The translations under genes and the position numbers were made by a program. Under the pieces are notes generated by a model. The model had not been told where the DNA came from. It saw only the letters and a program-made list of their open reading frames with translations, and searched no databases. From the NCBI GenBank assembly GCA_054661495.1, contig BAAFSQ010000031.1, positions 27,729 through 59,728 of the forward strand: 32,000 nt of DNA. The letters run 5' to 3'. Each line of letters begins with the position of its first letter. Within the stretch, counting starts at the first letter, position 1. Origin of the DNA: Zygophlyctis sp. KS116. Taxonomy: Eukaryota; Fungi; Chytridiomycota. Shown piece by piece: positions 12,372-22,900 of this stretch.

Positions 12372-13983
12372 ATGTCGCAGTCGTCGGAGAATGAAATGCA
12401 AGAGCTATTTTCTCAAGATTCATCAGATATCGAAGAGATTTTAGAAATTGAAAGAGATGCTATTCTAGGGGATCAACAGGATAAGATTGATCAAGAGATG
12501 GCCGAACAAGAATTAAAAACAAATATTGAATCAAGATCAAAAGTTACATTCTCTTCCGGACAAGAAGTGGAAGTAGATGGAGTCAATTCAGAAGATGTCG
12601 GTTTGGTATTGCAAAGAATGGGAGAAGTCGTTAGAGTTCTAAATCAGTTTAATGAGCTGAGAGAAGAAGGAAGGTAATTATAAATTCTATTCTGGAAATT
12701 TGACTCTTTTGCATGTATAGAAATGTTGCATTGGTCAATTCTAAACAGACTAACAATTAGGTCTAGGTCAGAGTATATTGAACAATTAAAACTTGATATT
12801 GCAACTTATTATGGATATAATGAATTTTTGGTAGAAAAACTTTTTCCTTTATTTCCTATTTCAGAGGCATTGGAATTTTTTGAAGCTTCTCAAGTTGGTA
12901 GACCAGTCATTATTCGTACAAACACTCTAAAAACAAGAAGAAAAGATTTGGCTCAAGCTCTAATAAATCGAGGAGTTCAGTTGGAAGCTTTGAAATGGAG
13001 TAAAGTTGGTATTCAGATTTTTGATTCTTCAGTTCCAATTGGTGCTACTCCTGAATATTTAGCTGGGCATTATATGCTACAAGCTGCTTCATCATTTTTG
13101 CCTGTAATGGCAATGGCACCATCGGAAAATGAAAGGGTTTTGGATATGTGTGCTGCTCCTGGAGGAAAAACAACTTATATTGGTAATTTTTTATTAAGCT
13201 TAAAGGAATAGCATCACTTTTAAAGAATACAGGAAGTATATTTGCAAATGATGCAAATAAGGAGCGAACAAAGGCATTGGCAGCAAATTTGCATCGTATG
13301 GGGGTAAAAAATGCAGTGGTATCTAATTGTGACGGAACAGCATTTCCTCAATTAATTGGTGGATTTGATCGTGTTCTTTTGGATGCTCCATGTTCTGGTA
13401 CTGGTGTTATATCAAAGGATCCCTCAGTAAAAGTGAACAAGGTACGGATTCAAGTTTTAAAATTTAGTCAGATAATGATTTTCAATACCTTTCAAAACTT
13501 CAAAAGGAACTCATCCTTGCAGCTATTGACTCGGTTGATGCATCTTCTAAGACTGGTGGATACATGGTCTACTCTACATGTTCTGTGACAGTCGAGGAGA
13601 ATGAGGAGGTTGTTCAATACGCTTTAAAAAAGAGACCAAATGTCAAACTTGTTCCAACTGGATTAGAATTTGGCAAGGAAGGATTTACAGCGTAAGTAGA
13701 AGAATGAACTAAATATCATAGGTTCCGTGGTAAACAATTCCACTCATCTCTTAATTTAACACGACGATATTATCCTCATACACATAATATGGATGGCTTT
13801 TATGTTGCCAAATTTAAGAAAATGAGTAATACGATTCAAAAAATTGTTAAGGAAGCAGATGAGGAAGTCTCTAAGAAGCGAGGAGTTGAAAAGGAGACTT
13901 TGGTGGAGTTTGACGATGAAGAGGATGAAAAGTTTATCCAAGAGTCATTAGCAAGCCTGAAAAAGCGAAAGGCACACAAATAG
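12372..13983 (+). CDS. NOP2: 25S rRNA m5C methyltransferase Nop2/NOL1
   Basis: [67 protein letters not shown] and [11 protein letters not shown]. Introns 12674-12760 (87 nt), 13183-13211, 13442-13467 and 13692-13721. The N-terminus is uncertain. Confidence 0.93.
12693..12750 (+). ncRNA. Candidate intronic single-hairpin box ACA guide RNA in NOP2 intron 1
   Basis: Lower stem TGGAA(AT)TTGAC/GTCAATTCTA; internal loop TCTTT/TTG; upper stem TGCA..TGCA; ACA at 12745-12747, exactly 14 nt after the upper stem and just before the branch point CTAAC. Confidence 0.45.
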
Positions 13984-14026
13984 ATTACTTATTTGACATG
14001 ATTAGTGAAATTTTACACGCAAGGTT

Positions 14027-16315
14027 TTAGGCAACATATAGATACTTCCTGATGTCCTGCTTGTCTCTATCCATATATTCTCTTTCTATTAATCCTTCTA
14101 TTCTTTTCTTAATCATAATGGGGGACGGAGTAAAATGAGATGATAATTGTGATATAACTTCTGCAACAAGGCGGCTATGTTCCATAGTTTGCCGAGCTTT
14201 CATAATTCGAACTATTGCAGCTTCTATTTGATGCTTTCGAGCTTCTTCTACTTTTTCCATTGTTTTAGATCTCTCGTGATCATCTTCAACTAACCCCCCA
14301 CTACCACTCAGTCCGAGCATTCTTAGTTTCATTAGTGGTGATTGAAAATTTGAATTAAATATAAAAGTATCTGTGGAGGAAATTTCTTTTTCTGGTGATG
14401 ATTTAATTAATAGCTTGTATTTTCCGAGAGAGAGTGTTTGCAAACTACGTTTAAGATCATCCAATGGTATTCTTGTTAACTCCATAATTTCCTGAATATT
14501 TAACGCCACAGTACTTAGTTCCTTGAAGCATGTAATAAGAATAATCATTGATAATACTGACAGGTTAATTTCTTTTTTACAATTTGAGAATTGAACTCTT
14601 AAATCAACACTTCCCATATGGGGTAGCCATGTCAGCTTACGTCCAGAATGCCTTGAAAGATAAAACCTTTCGAATCGATCCATGAGATTCTTAACTTCGT
14701 CAGGAAAAAGAACTTCATTGAATTCCTTTACAGCTGTATTGATAGGCCAAAAAGTAGACGTAAGAATTGAAATATTAATCGACGGAAGACGTAAATTGTT
14801 TTCTTTCCCTTGATTTTCATTAAACTTACGCACCAGATCTGCAGACAATCTAATGTCATTAAACATTCCCTCCAGCTTTGTTGTAAACTGATGACCACAT
14901 TCTAATTTAAATTTAGAAATCATGCTAGTTTCATTCTCCTCCCCGATACTCTTGCCACCAAGCAATCGTTTAGCTAGATGCTTTTTATAGTATCTATCAA
15001 ATACATCTTTTTCATCTAAAAACTTGAATACACCCATAATTGTATCTAAAGATTCTTCAATTTCTTTTTCAGTCTTTCCTTTAAGTCCTTTTTTCAATAA
15101 TGAATCAATATATAAGCTCGTAAATTCGCAAGCCTTACTATTCTGATTGATCATCACTTTTAAAGTATTCATTGCCTGATTTGTAATCATAGCATCCTTT
15201 AAAAAACAATCCATAATGATAGTTTCCGTGTTCGTTTTAATTTCTAATATCGAATCTATCCATAAAACAAACGAATCATTAATTTTTTGTCCCAATATTT
15301 GGTCATTGATCTTTGAAATTTGTAAATTCAAATTCTCGCAAAATGCCATTGATAAAACCATTACACCATTGTCTATCCTTGTTAAAAGACTATACATAAT
15401 TTTTAAATCTGCTTTAGATTTGTCTTTGACCATTAAATTCATTCCAGATTTTGACTATTTATCGTTATTCTAAAGCTTAAAATACATTTACAACCCAATC
15501 AATTTGCTTCAGCATCATTTCTTCATCTATTATAACTAGTACTTTGTCTAGAGTCTCATGTTTCATATATAGTGACATTCTTTGCGACTCTTGATCCATT
15601 CTACTTTTTACCTAGTAAATTTAATTTTTCTAAAATTTACTTTATTCAAGTATTCAGAAACACGATTCTCTTCTTTAAAAAGAATATTTGATTCATTCTT
15701 GTAAAATATTCTACTATTAATTATGTATTCCTTTTCCAATATTGTAAAATATGTGTTTGAATCTTGATCAGAGTAAGAAGAATACATTTCAGTAATTTGT
15801 TTCAAGAGAGAAAAATCAATCTTTCCTCCATGTCTTTCAAGTTCAACTTCTCCACTAAAAGCATTTAGGAGAGGGGCAGATACCCTACTATCCAACAAAA
15901 TAATTTCCTTGAACAGCAATTGTCCCAAATCATTAATACATAACAATTTAGCGTGTTTAATATGAGATCTATCCAAATACATTAAAATATCTCTAATTAA
16001 AGATAATTTTAGATTAAATTCTTTCCAAATTTTTAAAATTCCACTTAAAATATCCTTTTCTTCCTTTAATAGCTCTGATAGCGACTTTCTCAATGCTTCT
16101 TTGAGATTATTTTCCACCTGAGAATGTAACCAAGTCCCATGTTTATTTAGTACAAGATTGTATGATGCCCTATATAATTCTTCAAATGAAAGTTTAGAAG
16201 TGGAAAAGGAATGGATTTCCTGTAGTCCAGTTTCCAGAGAGTTCCAAGCTACAGATTTGGAAAAGGAAACAGACGCTGGATTTAGCCTGAGGCCAGGAAT
16301 CTTCTTTTTGGACAT
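14027..16315 (-). CDS. CUL3: Cullin-3
   Basis: N-terminal BTB-binding helices LSFEELYRASYNLVLNKHG and IRDILMYLDR; cullin homology KDVFDRYYKKHLAKRLL and ECGHQFTTKLEGMF; neddylation site IEAAIVRIMKAR; ends YLYVA. Introns 15612-15640 and 15455-15485. Confidence 0.92.
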
Positions 16316-16393
16316 TTTTCTACTTGACTTTAGCCTTATCAAATAAAAAATCTAATAAAATTCACTATAATATACTCTTAAACCCACAGGAAA

Positions 16394-17593
16394 TCACTTG
16401 TAATACAATACATCAGTCCTAATAACATATTTAAAACCTCTAGTAATCGAACTTCCTTCGTGTACAAGAGCCTTGTTTCCATGAGGAAAAATTAGAATTG
16501 CTCCACTTTTAGGACAAATTCCTCTTTTATTTAATATTCCATCTTTTAAACTTGGCCAAAAAAAGGATGTTTCTCCTCCTTCAAAGTCTTGAGAATCATT
16601 TAAATAAATTAGACAAGTATAAAAACTCCATCTATCACCAAAAGCATCAAATGCATATTCATTAGAATTTATAAAACCACTTCCAGGCCATGATCCATCA
16701 ATATGTGGTCTAAATTCTGCTCCAACTGAATACTTGTAAAATCTAAATCTAGAATTAAGTCCTGCAAACTTTTCTAAATTGGGCAAAAACTGAGAAATTC
16801 TTTCAACAATTGGATTTAAAACTGAAGAATCTACCAGCCATACTACTCCTGCAGCTCCTTTATTAACATTTGCACTAAAAGAATATCCAGAACTATCAAT
16901 CCATCCTATAGAATCTGCTGCATTTATCAATTGTGCACATTCATTTGGTGATAATACATTTGAAAGTACAAAAGAATTCCTTAAAAATGGAATTTCTGTT
17001 TTTATAATTTCTCTATTGTCTTGAAACTGAATAGAATTTGGAGAATGAGATAAAATCTGTAAATGCGTTCCATCTTTCCAATTTTTTTCAGTTTCTACTA
17101 GAAAAAAATTCCAGTCTTTCTCTACTTTAGAAATAATTTCTGATGGTCCGGGAATTATAAATGGTTCCAAAACAATTAAATTATCAACTGTTTCAGAAAT
17201 TTGTTGATCTTGTAAAAAAGAAATTTGATCAGGATCTGAAGTTCTAATAATTGCATCCAATAGTTTATGTCTCATACATGGATCAGACTCTAATGAAGCT
17301 AATCTTACCCATCTTTGAACTGATCCAATTTTTATAGTTTTTTCCTTGATCCTTAAAAGAGACAATGCATAGAAAACAGACTCATATAATTTTAATTCTA
17401 GGGCGGTTGTAATCTTTGACAAATCTCCATCTAGGAATAATCCAAGAGAAAAAATCAATTTCCTTAAAGCTTTGAATTTGGGAAGATGCAAATTCTCAAT
17501 CTTGATTTGAGATAAAGTCTCAACTGCTAAAATTAGATCTAGATCTTGTTCATCAAAAGATTCCTCGGAGATTTTCCGCTTCATTTTGACCAT
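16394..17593 (-). CDS. 2OG-Fe(II) dioxygenase, prolyl 4-hydroxylase-like, with N-terminal helical domain
   Basis: NVLSPNECAQLI, RFRFYKY, HxD (RPHIDG), TCLIYLN..GGET, distal His (LVHEG) and 2OG-binding K/R (KYVIRTDVLY). Intronless. Start is ATG 17593 or 17584. Confidence 0.85.
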   Translation of the reverse strand: MVKMKRKISEESFDEQDLDLILAVETLSQIKIENLHLPKFKALRKLIFSLGLFLDGDLSKITTALELKLYESVFYALSLLRIKEKTIKIGSVQRWVRLASLESDPCMRHKLLDAIIRTSDPDQISFLQDQQISETVDNLIVLEPFIIPGPSEIISKVEKDWNFFLVETEKNWKDGTHLQILSHSPNSIQFQDNREIIKTEIPFLRNSFVLSNVLSPNECAQLINAADSIGWIDSSGYSFSANVNKGAAGVVWLVDSSVLNPIVERISQFLPNLEKFAGLNSRFRFYKYSVGAEFRPHIDGSWPGSGFINSNEYAFDAFGDRWSFYTCLIYLNDSQDFEGGETSFFWPSLKDGILNKRGICPKSGAILIFPHGNKALVHEGSSITRGFKYVIRTDVLYYK

Positions 17594-17714
17594 GATCCTC
17601 ACCCTGGAATCCACACCCTGGACTTTATTGTGGTTTCACACCATGATTTACTGAAACTCTTGGTAAAGTGCAAATTTATTATAATTGTGGACAACACAGA
17701 TTTTCCGATTTTCA

Positions 17715-17787
17715 GGTCCCATAGTGTAGGTGGTCATCACGACAGACTTTGAATCTGTAGACCTGAGTTCGAATCTCGGTGGGACCT
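17715..17787 (+). tRNA. tRNA-Gln (anticodon TTG)
   Basis: GGTCCCA..TGGGACC acceptor stem; anticodon arm ACAGA-CTTTGAA-TCTGT; T-loop AGTTCGAATC; downstream TTTTTT terminator. Confidence 0.95.
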
Positions 17788-17895
17788 ATTTTTTCTTTTT
17801 AGCTTAATGTAATTTTATATTATTCAGATATCTTGTGAAATTACAGCATAGGATTGCTGGAAGCTGGAATAATGATTACGTAATTTTTAAATTTC

Positions 17896-19456
17896 ATGTC
17901 AAAATCTACGACGCAAAGATATTATTTAGTAAATGGAATTCAAGGCCTAAAGTTGAATTCTAAAACTGTTGGACTGTCTAATACAAAGTCTAGAACTACT
18001 TCTCGGTCAAATTCTGTAGTTGGAGATTCTCTAGGCTCGCGTCCATCATCAGGCAGTATTATATCGGACACTGTTAAAATTAGCAATGAGGGATGTGATG
18101 GTAATGTTATAATTCATGTTTATGATGAAAATAGAAATGGTAAGTTTTATTAGACTAATCGGTAGCTAAAAGAGATTTTTATTGTGAAAAAGAGCTACTT
18201 TTAAGGGAAATGAGTTACTTTTCTAATCATATAATGGAAAATAAGAAATCTCATGAAATTGATGTACATTGTGACATTCAAGTTTTTGAATGGCTGATGA
18301 ATTATATCTCTAAAAAGGGGAATGAAATGGAATTTGATAATAGATCAGTCGTGTCGCTTCTAATAAGTTCAAGTTTTCTAAAAATGGAATCACTGGAAAA
18401 AGAATGCCTGAAATTTATTCACAAAAATATAAATCAAGTCATTCAAGTGCCGATAGATCTTCGATGTATTCCAAAACAAGCATTACAATCGTAAGTTTTT
18501 AGTAAATAATGGTTAGTTTAGCTAAACTTTTTTCAATAGAAGAACTATCAGAAATATGTGATCCAAAGAATAAAATAGAAGATCAGCTTTATCAATACAA
18601 TATATTGGATTTATTCTCAAAAAATTCACTTGTAAAATGTAAATTATGCGCAAAAGTTCTTGGGAATGGGTTTTACTTGGATATGAATTGCGATAAAGGG
18701 GATCTGAAAATGGATGGATTTGGTCAAACCATTCGGAAACATCAACTGTATACTTTTTACAGAAATTACATACTAGAGATGAAACTTTTGATCCGAATGA
18801 GTTTATTGTAGCGCTCTATTTATCTTCAAAATCTTGGAAATATGTGTTTTGGAGGTGAATTTTTTCTATTCATATACAGGATTTGGGGAATACAGACAAG
18901 ATTTGAATGTAAGGAATGTAAAAAGATATTCCCGGCGAGTGAATTTAAGAAATGCAGAAAACATACCATGAATCCTGTCTATAATTCAGAAGGTCTAGAG
19001 GGGCGTGGTGTCTATCCATGCTGTAAAAAGGTGGTTTTGAAATTTATGCCATTTGGAGCCAATCATGTAAGATTTGAACAATAATGCAGTAAGGGGTGTC
19101 ATTATTTTCAACATGTACCAATCACAACAGTTGGAAAAGCTTATAACCTCTTTGTAAAAAATTCAAAATTCATTTCTTGGAAATCATCCATTGATGATAA
19201 GGATCCTATCAAAATATCTGCAACAGAAATCCTTGCACCAGACAGTAGATTGTTTTATCACTGGGAATTTTCTAAAAAGCATCAATCTATCCATGAATTG
19301 TCATTTCCAAAAAAGACTGGGAAAGTTTTATCTACAGAAGCCCAATTTGGTCAACGTAGAAAAGGTAGAAATTGAATTATATTAAAATTATTAGATGAAC
19401 TAAAAATAAAGGAATGGAAAAAATACATTCTCCAGAAAAGAAGACAGAATTGTTAG
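17896..19456 (+). CDS. SANBR/KIAA1841-like BTB protein (DUF3342)
   Basis: VIIHVYDENRNAKRDFYCEKELLLREMSYF, IDVHCDIQVFEWLMNYI, VVSLLISSSFLKM, and Cys/His clusters (CKECKKIF..CRKH, GVYPCC). Introns 18140-18165, 18491-18516, 18748-18776, 18855-18879, 19067-19093 and 19365-19394. Confidence 0.85.
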
Positions 19457-19471
19457 AGATTATTAAAACAT

Positions 19472-20725
19472 TTACAAGAAAAACCAGCATATAGTCAAGA
19501 TCAGGATAAAATTACATGCATTTTTAGAAGAATTTGATAATGTTGATAACTGAGCACCTTGCAAATCAAAAACATCCAATCTTCCTTTTGGCTGCAAATC
19601 TTTACCACCAATATATAACATTTTCCCATCATTATCCATCTCTAATGAAGTAATTATTGGAAAAGTTGGTTTTATAGTTCCTTTTAACCTTGAATCATAT
19701 CCATAAACTTGAACCACATTATTGACGGCAAAATAGTAATCAAATGTCCGAGCTTTAAAATTAAAATTAAAAAGAAATTACGATGAACAATAAATGCAAT
19801 TACATTCCCATCAATCGCAATTAAAGGAATTACTAAAGAAGTCAAACTCTGACCATTTGTAGAAACTTTATACAACATTTGCGTTCCATTATAACTTGAA
19901 ATCGTGTATAAAGTTGTAGAATCCAATCCTAACCAAATCATCATTGTAGAATTCAAATCTTGCATTTGATAGCTTACATATTCATTTTGTAAAGAATTTC
20001 CTAAATCAGTAGTTATTGTAGTCGTAAACATCGACTCTAAACTATTATTAATTATACTTGTTCCAATATCTTCTGTAGTAGCACTTAAAAATAGACTTGA
20101 CTCCTCTCTTGTAGTACTTGATAAACTTGGTTTTGACAGCGTAAATGGTTCAATCACTGGAATCCAATAAACCTTATTCCCTCTTAGTCCATAAACTCCT
20201 CCACTTGCACTTAACCCAGTTATCATTGATACTGATTGAAAAGGAATATTCCAACTTGTATGATTTAGATCTGGCGTTTCTCTCGGACTTAATCCCCAAA
20301 AAGGCAGTACATTTATCCCAGAATCAGAGAGTAAAAACATTAGACTCTAATCCTTAATTTAATCCTTAAAAAACCTGTTTAATCCCTAATTTAGAATGTT
20401 TTACAGTCAATTGTTTGAATACAATTTGAGAATTTAAATCTGAAAAACTCCAAGACCAAGGAACATTTAAATCTGTTCTAGTAGCCCAAACTTGATTATT
20501 TCCACCGCCTGGAGACACTATAGAAATATCATTAGGCTTTACATTCCCTATACAGTAAATAAAATGGTTAATGAGTCCGATTCTATTTTTTTTTAGTTTT
20601 CCGAGTATTTACCCATTGATAGAAGAAAACGGTGGCTCTATGATTCCAAAAGACTCTGAATCCCATGCAGTCAATTGTGTCTTTATTAATACAAGAAATG
20701 AATAATAAATCGCAAACTGAAACAT
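19472..20725 (-). CDS. Uncharacterised secreted, probably GPI-anchored surface protein (beta-rich, central Ser/Thr stretch)
   Basis: Introns 20583-20612, 20347-20374 and 19753-19781 give one ORF. It starts MFQFAIYYSFLVLIKTQLTAW (signal-peptide-like) and ends SNSSKNACNFILILTICWFFL (small residues then a hydrophobic tail). Confidence 0.65.
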
Positions 20726-20745
20726 TGTTACGTAGGTCAACGGCC

Positions 20746-22760
20746 ATGAAATCTAAACAATTGTTGATATTGTTTGGCTCTCAGACGGGTAATGCAGAAT
20801 GGATTTCTAAACATATCTATTCAGAATCTCTGGAAAGAGGCTACAAGGCCCAAGTAATGTGTTTAAATGATTCTATAGAATATGATTGGACATTGGACTT
20901 TGCGCTAATTGTTGTGACTTCATCGACTGGAGACGGTGACCCACCAGATAACTCAAACAAGTTTTTGAAATGGTTGAGGAAAAATACTGGATTGAATGGA
21001 AAAAAGTATGCAATTTTGGGTCTTGGAGATACTAATTTTACTAATTTCTGTAATACTGCTAAAAGAATAGACAGAAAGCTTACAGAATTGGGTATAATTT
21101 GAAGTTTTAATTTAAATAGGAGCTGTAGCAATGTTGCCAAAAGGTTTGGCGGATGATGCAACAGGATTAGAAGCAGTTGTAGATCCATGGATAAGTGATT
21201 TATGGAAAATTCTTTCGGAATTTGTAGAGCAAATAAAGGATAAAGAAATTGAATTTTTGGAGAAAAATAATTCTAGTTGTTCAGTTTTGAAAATGGAAAA
21301 AAATGGTATTTTAAGTGATTTATAAAAGAGTCAAAATTAGATGATGGGGTTTCAGAATTGGTTTTAGAGGATGTTTTAAAAGGACAAGATCTTTTATTAG
21401 ATTTTAAACAATTGGATACAGTAGAAGAATTGACAAATTTAGCAAAATTACAAAGTTGTACTCTAGAAATTGAATTTTTAGAAGGAAAGGGGGATCAAGC
21501 AAGTTCAATTTTAGATTTATATGAGAAATTTACAGTTTCTAATCATTCAGAGTATAATATATCAAAGCCTTTTCAAGCTCATATAATTGGTTCGCGTGTT
21601 TTAACTGGACCAGACGCTCTCAAAAAAGTGATAGAGTTGGAAATAGATATTAAGGGTCTTGGATGGGGGTATGAGCCAGGAGATGCTTTTGCTATCATTT
21701 GTCCAAATCCTCATGATATTGTTATGGGGTTGATTCAAAGACTTAAATTTAATCCAAAACAATTATTTACAATGAAGCCTCGTAAGTTACATAGTTTAAT
21801 ATCAAAGATGAATCTTTCAAGAGTCCTCTACCAATCACGGTATATAATGCATTCAAGTATTTTCTTGAAATTCATTCTGTAGCAAGTAAACAACTCTTTC
21901 GATTGCTCGCAGAGTATACAGGTGATCTTACTGAAAAAAGATTTCTCTTTTACTTGTGTAGTAAACAAGGTCTTGGTGCTTACAAGTCTATTTTAAAAAG
22001 AAATCCTACTCTGTTGGACATTTTGGCAACATTTCCTTCTTGTTTTCCTCCACTACAAGTATTATTGGAACATTTGCATCATCTTCAACCTCGATGGTAT
22101 TCTATAGCTAATTCTCCTCTAGCCTCTCCAAACTCTGTTAAAATTGTTTTTAATATTGTAGAATATCAGCTGGAATCTAAAATAGTAAAAGGCCTATGTA
22201 CCCCATGGCTCAATTCTTTAGTTGATAAAGTACAGTCTAGAATACCTATTCCAATATTTCCAAAACCTGAAAATACGTTTATACTATCAAACATTGATCA
22301 ACCTCTAATATTTATAGCTGCTGGAACTGGAATAGCTCCATTTATGGGATATTTGCAACATTTATCTTTATTAAAGGAAAAATTTACAAGTAAAGTACTA
22401 TTTATCTATGGACACAGATATAATTGCGACTCTAAAAGTGATTCTTTATACTCTAAAACTCTAAATCTTTATTCTGAAAGTAAACTTTGCAGAGTCATTG
22501 AATGCACTTCTCAAGAACCAAATCCTCTAAATTATAATTACGTTCAAGATGCAATTAGAGGAGAATCCGTAGAAATTTTCAATTTAATTCAAAAAGAAAA
22601 TGCGACAGTGTATATTTGTGGCTCTCCTGCAATGGCAAAAAATATTAATGCAGCTTTATGTGATGTCTGGGCTAAACACACCAATCTTGATCAGATAAAG
22701 ATACTAGAGTACTTTAAGGGGTTGAATGATTTACATCGAATTAAAAGAGATCTTTGGTGA
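20746..22760 (+). CDS. MTRR: Methionine synthase reductase (diflavin reductase)
   Basis: FMN domain ILFGSQTGNA, VTSSTGDGDPPDN, LGLGDTNFTNFC; MTRR-type ADDATGLEAVVDPW; FAD motifs LQPRWYSIANS and GLCTPWL; NADPH AGTGIAPF, YVQD; terminal Trp. Introns 21092-21119, 21306-21328 (or -21340) and 21782-21807. Confidence 0.8.
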
Positions 22761-22804
22761 TTAAGACTTGGGTTTTGAGAGTTCTGAGAGTGTCCAAGGA
22801 GAGG

Positions 22805-22816
22805 GGTGTATGGGTG
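22805..22816 (-). promoter_or_regulatory. Rap1/RPG-box-like motif CACCCATACACC upstream of RPL4
   Basis: Reverse complement of GGTGTATGGGTG matches the core of the yeast RPG box (ACACCCATACAT). It lies about 90 nt upstream of the ATG and is followed by A-tracts. Confidence 0.3.
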
Positions 22817-22900
22817 GCACAGATGGAAAATGAAAAAAATAAAAAACATTCAAAACCGTCCGAGGGTAAAGAGTGGCGCAAGTTGAATTTTCTTTAAAAA

